Of a stretch of 64,000 nucleotides of DNA, positions 32,233 to 43,065 are shown piece by piece. Both the position numbers and the translations under genes were made by a program. The notes below the pieces were generated by a model. That model saw nothing but the letters and a program-made list of their open reading frames with translations. It was not told where the DNA came from and made no database searches. The DNA is from Centroscyllium fabricii (taxonomy: Eukaryota): the NCBI GenBank assembly GCA_051313645.2, contig JBNRSN020000002.1:539586001-539650000 (forward strand), read 5' to 3'. How positions within the stretch are numbered: position 1 is the stretch's first letter; the number at the start of each line of letters is the position of its first letter.

Positions 32233-33004
32233 GGCCCAGAAATTCGGGTCCCCACACGTGAGTACGCGCTGGGTACGCACCCGTAGGCCCATCCAAAGTG
32301 TCGATTTCGTGCAAGCACAGCGCATGCGCGCGAAACCGGCACTTACGATCCCCTGACAGAAGGGTTCAGAGGTCGGAACGCGTGCGCGGGAGTGGCAGCG
32401 CGTGCGCAATGCACTTCCGCTTTTTTTTTTTTTTTACAGGTTTTTAATTTTGGGTAAGTCTGAATATTTTAGAAATGTAAAAAGCAGTCGCAAGGCCTAC
32501 TTTTAACAAGGTAAGTGGTGAATTAATCCAAATTAAAACATTTTTTCCACAGGTTTTTTATTTTTAAATACTTTAAAGAAAGGTAAGTTTACTTTTAGCC
32601 CCGTTAGAAAAAATAATTAATTTTCAAAAATTTTAATAATTGTTTAAAATAGTTATTTAATGTAATTGATAGTTATTTTTTTTTAAATGTAATTTAAAAA
32701 AAAAATTATTTGAAGATTTTGTGATGTTTTGGGGTTTGTAGTTTTCATACTTTTGACAGCTCTTCTTGTCAAACTTATGACTGGAGCATTCTGTGCTCCG
32801 ATTGGCTCTCCGTGGCCCACGTGATCCCACGCGATCCATCGCACTATCTGCGACGTTGGGATACGCGAGCACAGCGCGCCGGCAGTCGGAGGAGGCCCCG
32901 CATCGGAATTCCACGTGGGCCCACAGCTCAACGGCCGGCGCACAAGGTAAGTGCAGGTTGGAGGCTTGCACACGTGGGAAGCCTCCGACCTGAATTTCTG
33001 GGCC
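32233..33004 (+). mobile_element. PIF/Harbinger-type MITE (family C)
   Basis: TIRs GGCCCAGAAATTC / GAATTTCTGGGCC. Close homolog at 44141-44914. Confidence 0.8.
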
Positions 33005-33448
33005 AAAATGTCTTGTCAACCATTGGGAACAATCTATCAATTTTTACCGATTATAATCACACGAGGGCTCGATTTAATGTTCTCAAGTACGGCACCTGTA
33101 ACTCCCTCAGTCTCTGACACTGAAGTGTCAACTTAGATTATGTGCTCAAGTCCGGGAATGGGCGATTGAACCCACAACCTTCTGTCTCATAAACGAGAGT
33201 GCTACCAAATCCAGGACATTACTTCAATGTAAGCCATGACCAAGGAACAAGGAAGCAATGGCTCAAACCAGTGAAAGGCAATATTCAGGGTAATGTCAAG
33301 AATGATAACGATCCATGCACTTCCAATGAGGAACCCTGTGCACAGTCAGTGCACGTTAGGGATCGGGCTACAAAATTTTTGGCTTGATTTTCCAGCTCGC
33401 ATTCCTTGCAAGTGAAAATCCCCTAATTGCTTCAGGATTAATTAACAC

Positions 33449-33930
33449 TTAGAATCATAGAATGGTTACAGCACAGAAGGCGGCCATTCGGCCCGTCGAG
33501 CCCGTGCCAGCTCTCTGCAGGAGCACTTCAGCTAGTCCCGCTCCCCTGCCCTTTCCCCGTAGCATTTCCTTCAGGTACAGGTTTTGAAAGCCACGATTGA
33601 ATCTGCCACCACCCTCTCAGGCAGTGCATTCCAGATCCTAATCACTCGCTGCGTAAAAAGGTTTTTCCTCATGTTGCCTTTGGTTTTTCTGCCAATTACC
33701 TTAAATCTGTGTCCTCTGGTTCTTGATCCTTCCACCAATGGGAACAGTTTCTCTCTATCTACTCTGCCCAGACCCGTCATGATTTTGAACACCTCTATCA
33801 AATCTCCTTTCAATCTTCTCTGCTCCAAGGAGAACAACCCCAGCTTCTCCAATCTATCCACATAACTGAAGTCCCTCATCCCTGGAACCATTTTTGTAAA
33901 TCTTTTCATACCCTCTTTAAGGCTTTCACA
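33449..33930 (-). mobile_element. 5'-truncated CR1
   Basis: ORF 33571-33909 RLEKLGLFSLEQRRLKGDLIEVFK; AGAATCATAGAAT tail. Confidence 0.85.
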
Positions 33931-34232
33931 TTTGGGTAAATTACAAGTACCAAAAAGATTTGTTCCTAGATTACCCTTCCTCTTGGGCAGGTGAAAGGTC
34001 TCTCAAGAGCCAATTGGATGCTGTGATAGGAGCACTGGGGGCTTTGCCCTTCTGGACAAATGAGCTAAGATGGTCCAAATAGCCTTTGTCAACTATGTTT
34101 GTTTTGTGAAACAGGGAAAGATCATAGTATAGTGCGTTGGGGGTTCTCTACTAGGGCAGAGCAGAGGGAGCTTTAATTTACAACTTCCGGTGCTATGGCT
34201 GACCTGGAGACACTTAATGCTGAAACTGGGAG

Positions 34233-35005
34233 GGGGGGGACTTTGCCGGAAGTGCGGGAACCTGGCGGGGGTTGGTCGGGGCGGGTTCCTGTCCCACCTG
34301 GCCAAAGACCTGGGAACCCCACGTAATTTTCATTTGATTGAGTTCTTAAATCCCCGCTTGCGGCAGCAGGTGGTAATTGACTCAATCGAGTCGGAACTGT
34401 AGCAGGGCTCGAGCAGTTTGATTGACAGTTCCAGCACTGGTTGTTGACAGTTCCCATGGAAACACTCCACTGTGACATAACAGTCGAGTGGAACCAATGG
34501 GAAAGGTCAAGTGCTGGTGACTGACAGGTGGGCGGGCAGGCTCCGAATCCTTGACAGCTCCGCACCGGCTATGAGGAAATGTGCAAAGCTGAGATTTCTC
34601 AGTTTTTGCCCACAGCTGGTGCACCCACCACGGAGTAAGGTGCTGGAGGCATGCCAAGCATTTGGCAGCATGTCCTTCCCCACCTTGAAGGAGAAAGTTA
34701 TAACCAGCGCTGTGCTCATGCTGGGTTTCACCCAGCGGGGTTTCTGGTGATGGAGAATGGGTGGGAAATGGCTAAAAATGGCTAAGGGCCCTTAAAATGA
34801 CATTAAACATGCCAAGGGCCCTTAACGAGGTGACAACCCATCCACTCCAGCCACCGGCGGGAAGGTTTCGGGGTGGGGAATCAGGGCGGGAGAAAATGTT
34901 AAAGCAGTGGGGATCCGGCGGGGGGGGTTGCGACCCATTGGTTGTGCTATTTTGCCGGCCGACCCACCGAAAACCCCGCCTCATGGGGACATTAAAATCC
35001 CCCCC
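34233..35005. mobile_element. PIF/Harbinger-type MITE (family B-related)
   Basis: GGGGGGGACTTT...AAAATCCCCCC ends; internal similarity to 46690-47494. Confidence 0.6.
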
Positions 35006-35785
35006 GGGTGTCCAAATAGGAATAGACGTTCCCTTCCCCAGAAGTGATGTCCCTCATCACGAAGAGTGCAAAAATCTAACCCCGATAAAATGAACAACTC
35101 TTGAAATGAAAAATGTGATTAACCAGTAGACATATTGTACAGTAAAGTTATCCATGGATCTGTGGGGGAAAGGTCACTTTATGTAGTGCATCGTGAACAC
35201 ATTCCTTTTGCAATGTTACTGGTTACCTGAGATTGTGGTAGTGTTTCTGCAGTGGGGGCCAGTTGACAGATGTTCAGTTCGAGCTTTAACCAGGAAATGT
35301 TTCAGTAATAGTCTTTATTTCGATTAAAGAGGAAGGCAAATCTCGGAAGCAGAACATTTTGTTTAAGGTATATCCCCTTTTTGTACAAGTGGCACCTCGC
35401 TCCCCCGTGAGGCCACTCCGGTGATGCCAATTCGAGGGCGTGTGCCCATGTGTCCTGGCACGGCTAGGATGCCAACAGCTTGTGTGAAACTTCAAACCGG
35501 CCTGAGACCTGCTCTGGAGCTGCCTGTCCCCAGGGAATCATGTTACTATCTGGAAGGTTGCCAATATAATCCCCTGCTATGTGTATGAGGTGAGGAGATA
35601 GCATCACCGTGCAGGCAGTACATCACTGAAAGATGTGTCTACAGAGCGGGAAAAAGCCACTGGGGCAAATCGTGACTTTGTGTGATAGTGCAAAACAGGT
35701 GATAGCGAATTGGCATTTCGTTTCACGGCGCTCCCATTGAGCTCAATGGAAATAAAAATGGGGAGAGATGTACAAAATGGGGAGA

Positions 35786-36040
35786 GGGCGGCACGGTGGC
35801 ATAGTAGTTAGCACTGTTGCCTCAGCGCCAGGGGCCCGGGTTCAAATCCAGCCTCGGGTACTATCTGTGTGGAGTTTGCACATTCTCCCCGTGTCTGCGT
35901 GGGTTTCCTCCGGGTGCTTCGGTTTCCTCCCACAGTCCAAAGATGTGCCGGTTAGGTTGATTGGCCATGATAAATTGACCCTTAGTGTTAGGGGGATTGA
36001 AAATGTGGGGATCGGGTGGGATATGTGTCGGTGCAGGTTC
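35786..36040 (+). mobile_element. HE1-type V-SINE
   Basis: tRNA head (GGTGGCATAGTAG, GGTTCAAATCC) and V-domain GTGTGGAGTTTGCACATTCTCCCCGTGTCTGCGTGGGTTTCCTCCGGGTG. Confidence 0.85.
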
Positions 36041-36190
36041 GATAGGGATCGAGGGATATGGGGTACAAACAAGGAAAAGGGTGCTGGGTTTGGATGATCA
36101 GCCATGATCTCATTGAATGGCGGAGCAGGCTCGAAGGGCCGAATGGCCTACTCCTGCTCCTATCTTCTATGTTTCTATGTTTCTTGCAAC

Positions 36191-36590
36191 AAACATAGAA
36201 ACATAGAAGATAGGAGCAGGAGTAGGCCATTCGGCCCCTCGAGCCTGCTCCGCCATTCAATAAGATCATGGCTGATCTTCTACCTCATCTCCACTTTCCT
36301 GCACTATCCCATGATTCCCTGAATATTCAAAAATCTATCGATCTCTGTCTTGAATATCCTCAACGACTGAGCCTCTACAGCCCTCTGGGGTAAAGAATTC
36401 CAGAGATTCACCACCCTCTGACTGAAGACATTTCTCCTCATCTCAGTCCTAAATGGCCGACCCCTTATTCTGAGACTATGACCCCTGGTTCTAGACTCCC
36501 CAGCCAGGGGAAACATCCTCCCTGCATCTACCCTGTCGAGCCCTGTAAGAATTTTGTATGTTTCAATGAGATCACCTCTCATTCTTCTAA
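36191..36590 (-). mobile_element. CR1 3' fragment, tail-to-tail with a + strand CR1 tail (36045-36182)
   Basis: RRMRGDLIETYKIL...; AAACATAGA tail. Confidence 0.85.
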
Positions 36591-36776
36591 ATGCTGATGG
36601 CGTCACAAAACTATGAATATTCTTTTTAATATTTTTCACAGACTTGAAATCCTCCTATTTCCTTCCCAGTCCCCTGATCTACCTGGGCCATTCATCTTGT
36701 ACAATTAAGGAAGAGACCATTGCTGTCAGTGCCTAGGCCTCTGCTGAGGCCAACAGCTGGGAAGTATTTGAAAGGA

Positions 36777-37305
36777 CAGGAATCTCTCGTTTAAACGGCA
36801 CCTACATATCTAGAATTCTCTATTAACCGGGAAAATTCTCGCTCCGAAAACAACACTTCAATGTTGCCGAGTCCGAGTTTCTCGCGGTGGCCGAGTTAGT
36901 CAGTGGGGGTAGTTCTCCAAACTGCCACTACTCGGCTTCTTGGCGCTGTCAGGAGTCGGAACACCTCAATCCCCCTGTAACAGGAGTCTGGCTCTCCCAC
37001 GCTGCCGGTAATCTCTTCTGATCTGCCATTTTATAGGGGTACTGCATCTCTCCCACACTGCTGGTAGTCATTGCATTGCATTACCCTCAACTGGCATACT
37101 ATACTTAATCAAGCATCTTCCACCATCCATTTAACACAACATTCTGTAGGTGAGTACCCAATTACTGTATACTGCACATTTCTTGATTTTTAAATTTTTC
37201 TTTGTTAATAATAGCCTCGGTAGATAACCCTCTCCGTCATCCGGAAATTTTGATCAACCGGCAACACGCCGGTCCCGTCGGTGCCGGATACCAAAGAGTT
37301 TCCTG
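36777..37305. mobile_element. Tc1/mariner (Tigger-like) MITE
   Basis: Imperfect TIRs CAGGAATCTCTCG..CGGCACC / GGTGCCG..AGAGTTTCCTG | TA. Confidence 0.5.
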
Positions 37306-37481
37306 TAGCCTGCAGGTTGCTCTCCTGAGTAATTGAATGTGTGATCCAGAGCGGTGTTGCGGTGCATTGCTCCAACCAGCGGTGCTGTCAAGCCACCGTC
37401 AGTCATTCATGTTGCTGAACGGAATTTACAAATGATTTGCAAAAAACATAAAACGGTCACGCAGTAAAGCAGATTCCTCAC

Positions 37482-37556
37482 CACAATGGAGCCAGGTAAA
37501 TCTAGAGGCATCGCAGGGTCCCCAGCCATCTTAATGAACTCCGGTCCCAAATATTG
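37482..37556 (-). CDS. FRMPD2: FRMPD2-like coding exon: QYLGPEFIKMAGDPAMPLDLPGSIV
   Basis: Acceptor TTCCCATTCTCTTTGGCAG, donor GTGAGG, 75 bp, phase 0/0. Matches the pre-FERM GPEF...LDLP.S motif of PTPN13/FRMPD2 and joins in frame to SKKGK. Confidence 0.85.
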
Positions 37557-37869
37557 CTGCCAAAGAGAATGGGAAACAAATAATAGAATCATAGAATCAT
37601 ACAGCACAGAACGAGGCCATTCAGTCCATTGTGCCTGTGCTGCCTCTTTGAAAGAGCTCCCCAATTAGTCTCACTCCCCCACTCTTTCTCGATATCCCTG
37701 CAAATATTTCCTTTTCAAGTATTTATCCAATTCCCTTTTGAAAGTTACCATTGAATCTGCTTCCACCGCCCTTTCAAGCAGCGCATTCCAGATCTGGGAT
37801 TTAAGGTTGTTCAACTATTCAGAGTCAGCCTACAACAATAGACTAGGGACAGGGTCACTGGCAAGGCTT

Positions 37870-38117
37870 GGAAGCTAAGCAGAGCCAGGCCTGGTTAGTA
37901 CTTGGATGGGTGACCACCAGGGAATACCAGGTGCACAAGGTCACGAAAGGAGCCCCGGGGAGGGGCGGTTGGCTGAAGATTGTCGGAATGATGGAAAGAT
38001 GGCACAGACGCAGCGGCTTTGCTGGACTCTTGGGAGCTTGCAAGATCACATTTTGTTGTTCATGTACTTGTACATTGTATAATGACATTAAAGTTGAATT
38101 ATTATTATTATTATTAT
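37870..38117 (+). mobile_element. 5S rRNA-derived SINE-like element (5'-truncated 5S head, body, LINE-like tail, (ATT)n)
   Basis: GGAAGCTAAGCAG...GCCTGGTTAGTACTTGGATGGG.GACC.CC.GGGAATACC.GGTGC is the 3' two-thirds of 5S rRNA. Ends TGACATTAAAGTTGAATT(ATT)n. Confidence 0.65.
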
Positions 38118-38221
38118 AAAAGACAGCATTTGTATTAGAGCAACAAAGCTGCTCAGCTTCTGGCAGACTGACAATCGTTTCAGACACAGAGATCCCAAGG
38201 ACTGCATGTGCCTTTTAACCT

Positions 38222-38500
38222 TGGAGAGAGAAACTGAGTTAACGCTTCAGGTCGATGACCCTTCGTCAGAACATCCCCACCGGCACCTGGGAATCCCTGG
38301 CCCAAGACCGCACAAGCTGGAGGAGAAGCATCCGGGAAGGCGCCGAGCACCTCGAGTCTCTTCGCCGGGAGCAAGCGGAAGCCAAGGGTCATCGACCTGA
38401 AACATTAACTCTGTTTGTCTCTCCGTGGATCCTGCCTGGCCTGCTGGGTGTTTCCAGCATTTTCTGTTTTTGTTTCAGATTTCCAGTGTCCACAGTGTTT
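38222..38500. mobile_element. Penelope pLTR fragments in inverted orientation flanking an RTE/BovB-type LINE fragment (38273-38385)
   Basis: Hammerhead-like CTGACGAAGGGTCATCGACCTGAA on - (38238-38272) and its partial + copy from ~38384. The middle encodes TWESLAQDRTSWRRSIREG, a typical RTE ORF C-terminus. Confidence 0.7.
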
Positions 38501-38539
38501 TGCCTTTGCCTTTTAACCTTGCCTGGGCACTAATACAAT

Positions 38540-39491
38540 GGGCAGAATTTTCATCCGTCCGTGGGGCGGGTTTTTGGGCGGTACTGCAACGAAAATCGCA
38601 AAAGTGGGGTCTGCGACCCCTCCCGCCCGTTTCCCGCCCGCTTGTCAGTTTCACCCGGCGGGACGACTGTCACGCCTCAGTCCCGCCCAGCATCGGCGGG
38701 GATGCTCGTTAAGCTCATTAGGGGCCCTTAATTGGCATCGGTAATGCCATTTTAAGGGCCCCTTGCAACTTTCACCCTCTTCCCACCCAAAACCCACCTG
38801 GTGGGAACACCGCCGTTGAAAGCTGGCGGGCACCCAATCGGCTGGGTGACTGCCACCTTCAAGGCATGGGTACAGCAGCCACACAGCAGCTTGCTAGCCT
38901 CCACCATGCTGGAGGTGCAGCTAGCATCCAATGGTGCCAAATTTCAGTGCCCAAAGGACTTAAAATCACTTACCTGCAGATGTGTCCCAGTCATGCACAG
39001 ACATCACGCTGCGAGCTGTGTCTGTGAAGCAAGCTGTCAATCACCCAGAGAATCAGTTTCTGCTTGCATTCCAATGAAACCACAAACAAACAGCCAGCCT
39101 ACTTAAAGCTGTCACTCTTAGATTTGTGGTTTCATCTGTTTACATAGCATTATGACAACATAATGCTGTGAAAACAGAGAAGGAAAGCAACCACTTCACA
39201 ACTGTCAATCATGCTTTGTGGCTTCTCAGCTATTGACACTGCTTTATGAATCACAGCATAGAAACTCTTCAGGCCTGTCAATCAAAAGCCCGCCGGTGGT
39301 TCACGAACTGGAAGAATGCCCCACGCTTCCTGACTGAAAGGTGTGTATTCAAAACGGCTCTGACAGGCGGGGATTTAATTGGTCACTTGAGGCAAAATTG
39401 CGTCGGCCTCCCAGGCCCTTGAGCGGGTGGGTCAGAAATCTGACCCGCCCAAAACCCGCCAGGTTCCCGCACCTTGAGGAAAATTCTGCCC
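38540..39491. mobile_element. PIF/Harbinger-type MITE (family B)
   Basis: AAT | GGGCAGAATTTTC ... GAAAATTCTGCCC | AAT: TIRs with a 3-bp TSD. Confidence 0.85.
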
Positions 39492-39816
39492 AATGAGTGC
39501 ACCTGAAGACGATTTAATCGGAAACCAATATTCCAACCAGCTGCAGTTTTATTCTGATACAGCACCCACTTGTTGTTCGAATCTGCTTTGTAACCAGTGG
39601 CGGAGCTACGGTCAAAGGGCGGGGGTGTCAACCTCCAGATTTGGCCCCCAGATATTGCTGACTAAGCCTATAAGAACTGCCTGCTGCGAGGAGCTCCGCC
39701 CCTCTGCTTCCTTCACCCAACCGAGCTCGGTCTCCGTTTCTAAGGGGGTAGAATGCTCAGGACCAGAAACAAAGTGCCCGAGGGATGAGCACTGCTCACC
39801 ACTGCCGTTTATAATC

Positions 39817-40129
39817 GACACGGTGGCATAGTGGTTAGCACTGTTGCCTCACAGCGCTAGGGGTCCGGGTTCAAATCCGGCCTCGGGTGACTATCTGTGT
39901 GGAGTTTGCACATTATCCCCGTGTCTGCGTGGGTTTCCTCCGGGTGCTCCGGTTTCCTTCCACAATCCAAAGATGTGCGGGTTAGGTTGATTGGCCATGA
40001 TAAATTGACCCTTGTTGTTAGGGGGATTGAATATGTGGGGTTACGGGGATAGGGTGGGATATGTGTCGGTGCAGGCTCGATGGGCCGAAATGGCCTCTAT
40101 CTGCACTGTCGGGATTCTATGATTCTATG
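39817..40129 (+). mobile_element. HE1-type V-SINE with CR1/HER1-like (ATTCTATG) tail
   Basis: tRNA head, V-domain and GATTCTATGATTCTATG end. Confidence 0.88.
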
Positions 40130-40460
40130 GCGCTTGCATGGAATATGTTTGCAGGCAAATGATATTAAACTGCAAACAAGTTTCTTTTTGAAATGAAAAC
40201 CTGGGCCTCTTCTAACCTTGGCACTGGAGGCCCACAAGTCTCACGTCTGTGAATTAGAGGAAGGACCCTGGGGTATCCCGAGAAACATTTATATCAGTGT
40301 GAGAAATGAATGTCCATCCCATGCTGCCATACCTCAGATCAGATGTCGATCTCCCTGCCCTGCTCACTTGAACATGTGTGCTAATGTGACTTTTCACGCC
40401 ACCTGGTTCCGTAACTGGCATGTAGTCTGCTGTGAAAAACTGCTCTCTGTAAAGACTTAA

Positions 40461-41020
40461 TGTGGAGGTGCTGGTGTTGGACTGGGGTGGACAAATGCAA
40501 GAAGTCACACAACACCAGATTATAGTCCAACGGTTTTATTTTAAATCACAAGCTTTCTGAGCTTCTGCCCCTTCGTCAGGTGAAAGAGAATCTGGCTTAA
40601 AGAACGCACATGTGTGATGAGAGAAATCTGATATCTCCCACATCACACCTCCATAGAGCCAGACACAGAAAGGCTTATTAACATATTGTAAGTGATACAT
40701 TTAAATATAGCATATATAGAGAGAGATAACAATGTGGCCTCTCCAGTTGTTTCACATCACACCTCAGCTGAGGGACATCAAAGCAGTCAAATTTTCCAAC
40801 AATTTTTTTTAATGTAACACTTAAAATATGTTAATAAGCCTTTCTGTGTCTGGCTCTATGGAGGTGTGATGTGGGAGATATCAGATTTCTCTCATCACAC
40901 ATGTGCGTTCTTTAAGCCAGATTCTCTTTCACCTGACGAAGGGGCAGAAGCTCCGAAAGCTTGTGATTTAAAATAAAACCGTTGGACTATAATCTGGTGT
41001 TGTGTGACTTCTTGCATTTG
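40461..41020. mobile_element. Penelope pLTR fold-back (near-perfect ~195-bp inverted arms)
   Basis: Arms ~40490-40687 and ~40825-41021. Flanking direct repeat TGTAAAGACTTAA (40448-40460, 41019-41031). Confidence 0.88.
40929..40966 (+). ncRNA. minimal hammerhead ribozyme motif
   Basis: TCAC-CTGACGA-A-GGGGC AGAA GCTCC-GAAA-GCTT-GTGA. The inverted copy at 40546-40583 has GCTCA instead of GCTCC. Confidence 0.75.
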
Positions 41021-41185
41021 TAAAGACTTAAGTGAAGAGGTCAGTCCTTTTCAGTCCTGGGAACCAGGCACACGGCACCATGTGAAGAGGAAAGAAGAGC
41101 GCGATGAGTTCTGCGCTACCATAACATTTGGTTATTCATTCCCTACGTTACAGAGGCCGAGAGGAAAGGCTAAACATGGTCCTAC

Positions 41186-41351
41186 CTTTCCCTTGTGGTG
41201 CAATGAGTAGGCAACAGAAACAGCTCTCTGAGGAGAATTCTTTGCCTCGTTCAGAAGTGCAGCTTCTGGATACGACCCGCCACTCGGAAAATAGCCACCT
41301 TCACTCTCCGGCTGAATTCCACTGGAATTGGTACTTATTATACTTATGGAC
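41186..41351 (-). CDS. candidate FRMPD2 linker exon: (R)SISIISTNSSGIQPESEGG...AVSVAYSLHHKGK
   Basis: Pyrimidine tract plus AAG acceptor, AAG|GTAGGA donor, open frame, and a phase-0 basic end compatible with the 37556 exon. Little recognisable homology. Confidence 0.4.
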
Positions 41352-41839
41352 CTTGTCAAGGAAACATGAGGGAAAAAGCCAGTTATTCCCAACTCATTCG
41401 ACAACAGCAACAACTTGCATTTAGATAGCGCCTTTAACGTGGGCTTCACAGGAAAGAGACAATAGACTCAGGTTAATGTACTGATTCCACGGGCTTGAAA
41501 TGTACTGACTAATATTATTGAAACCGTTTTTCGCTGGCGTGAGGGTCGGTAACCGGAAGACACAGATTTAAGATCTTTGGCAAAAGAACCAGTGGGGAGA
41601 TGAGGAGAATCATTTTTACGCAGCGAGTTGTTGTGATCTGGAATGCGCTGCCTGAAAGGGCGGTGGAAGCAGATCCAACAGTAACTTTCAAGAGGGAACT
41701 GACTAAATATTTGATAAGGGAAAACGCGCAGGTCTTATGGGGAAAGAGCAGAGGGGTGGGACTAATCGGGCATCTCTTTCAAGGAGCCGTCACAGGCACG
41801 ATGGACCGAATGGCCTCCTTCTGTGTTCTGTGATTCTAC

Positions 41840-42843
41840 GGGGGAAAGATTCGGTGGCGTCCATTTTGGGGCACTAACCTCGGCGGTGCGCTACTTTTAG
41901 AGCCCGGCTAACGCTCGCGCCGTTCCTCGGGATATTCGGTTTTAGCGCCCCAAGTAGGAGGTGGGGCGCTACTGCAGGCGCCCAACCTCGTTCTTTAGGT
42001 GCTACAACTCAATTTCAGCCGCTGTGAGTCACTGTGCCATGCTCTGCAGAGTGCCGCGCCGCAGTACTGCAGGCTTTCCTCCCCTGATTAAAGGGGAGCG
42101 GCCTAGCGCGGTTCCGGCTGGAGCCCCGTTGGGCCGCCAGGGATTGGAATGCCGCCGAAGGAGCCCGGCACGCGAGGGAAGTGCCAGGCTCACGGAGCAC
42201 AGCCAGCACTCCGCGGAGGGGCATCGGGGAAGGCCGCGGACGGCAGGGGGGGCAGGTGCTGGCAGTCAGCCAGCAAGAAAAATGGCCACCCAGCACCCTT
42301 CCCTTTAATTATCACTCACCTGCTGCAAGCACACACCCCTGACCCTGTCGCGGGCAGCGTCAGGTGGTACGGTAGCAGGCGCGACTGAAGTTCACGGCCG
42401 GTGCGCGAGCGGGCACTGCGCACTTCAATGACGTTGTAGCATAGCCACTAGGGGGAGACACTCTGGTCCCCTCAGGACGTTATAATCCCCATTCCAGAGT
42501 TGGTCCCGCCCCTGTTTCCCCATTGGATGGTTGGATCAACAGTTCCTGATTGGTCCTGCGGGCTGTCAGTCAAAAGCCCCATGATGCTTTGCGGTTTCGC
42601 GCCTTTTGTGAGTTAGTCGTGTTTGGCTCTGCAATCTTTCGACGTTTTATTGATTTTAAAGAGTGGGGAACGGCCGTTCCCTACAACGTCATTGGTGGCG
42701 GTGTGGCGCCACGGGGCACTACCGGCTACTGCCCCCACCAGCGCCCCACTGAATATCGCGGGAGGCGCCAGCCCAAGCTTGCACCCCATTAGCTGCCCTC
42801 TTAGGGCGCTAACGGGAGGCGCAAGTAACCACATTTTTCAGCC
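41840..42843 (+). mobile_element. family A PIF/Harbinger-type MITE with an internal insertion
   Basis: Homologous to 7348-8100; flanks TAC/TAT. Confidence 0.7.
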
Positions 42844-43065
42844 TATGATTTCAGAAAAGCTTTCACAATGCTTTGAAGCAAGGCTCAGGAGCTGTTGGCC
42901 CTGTCAGAGATCTCTACTGGGACTAAATGCTCTGCTAAATGTGCAGAGTCATTTTCTGAGGTTTCAATCGTTATATTAGCAGCATCTTCACAGATGGAGA
43001 CAGTGTGCCTTTTTGTGTCTTGTATACAAGTGAGTTATTCAGCTCAGCCTCTGAAATAAAAACGT

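Noticed and set aside
37870-37934. Functional 5S rRNA gene
   Set aside because: Missing the 5' third, has several substitutions, and has no oligo-T terminator or tandem array.
40333-40450. Possible minus-strand exon (TTTACAG...GAG|GTATGG)
   Set aside because: The open frame ends in phase 2, incompatible with the phase-0 exon at 37556; no homology; the acceptor overlaps the Penelope target duplication.
40546-40583. Idea that gene-sense hammerheads are selectively inactivated
   Set aside because: True for this copy, but the sense copy at 15123-15159 is intact while its antisense partner is mutated, so there is no consistent pattern.
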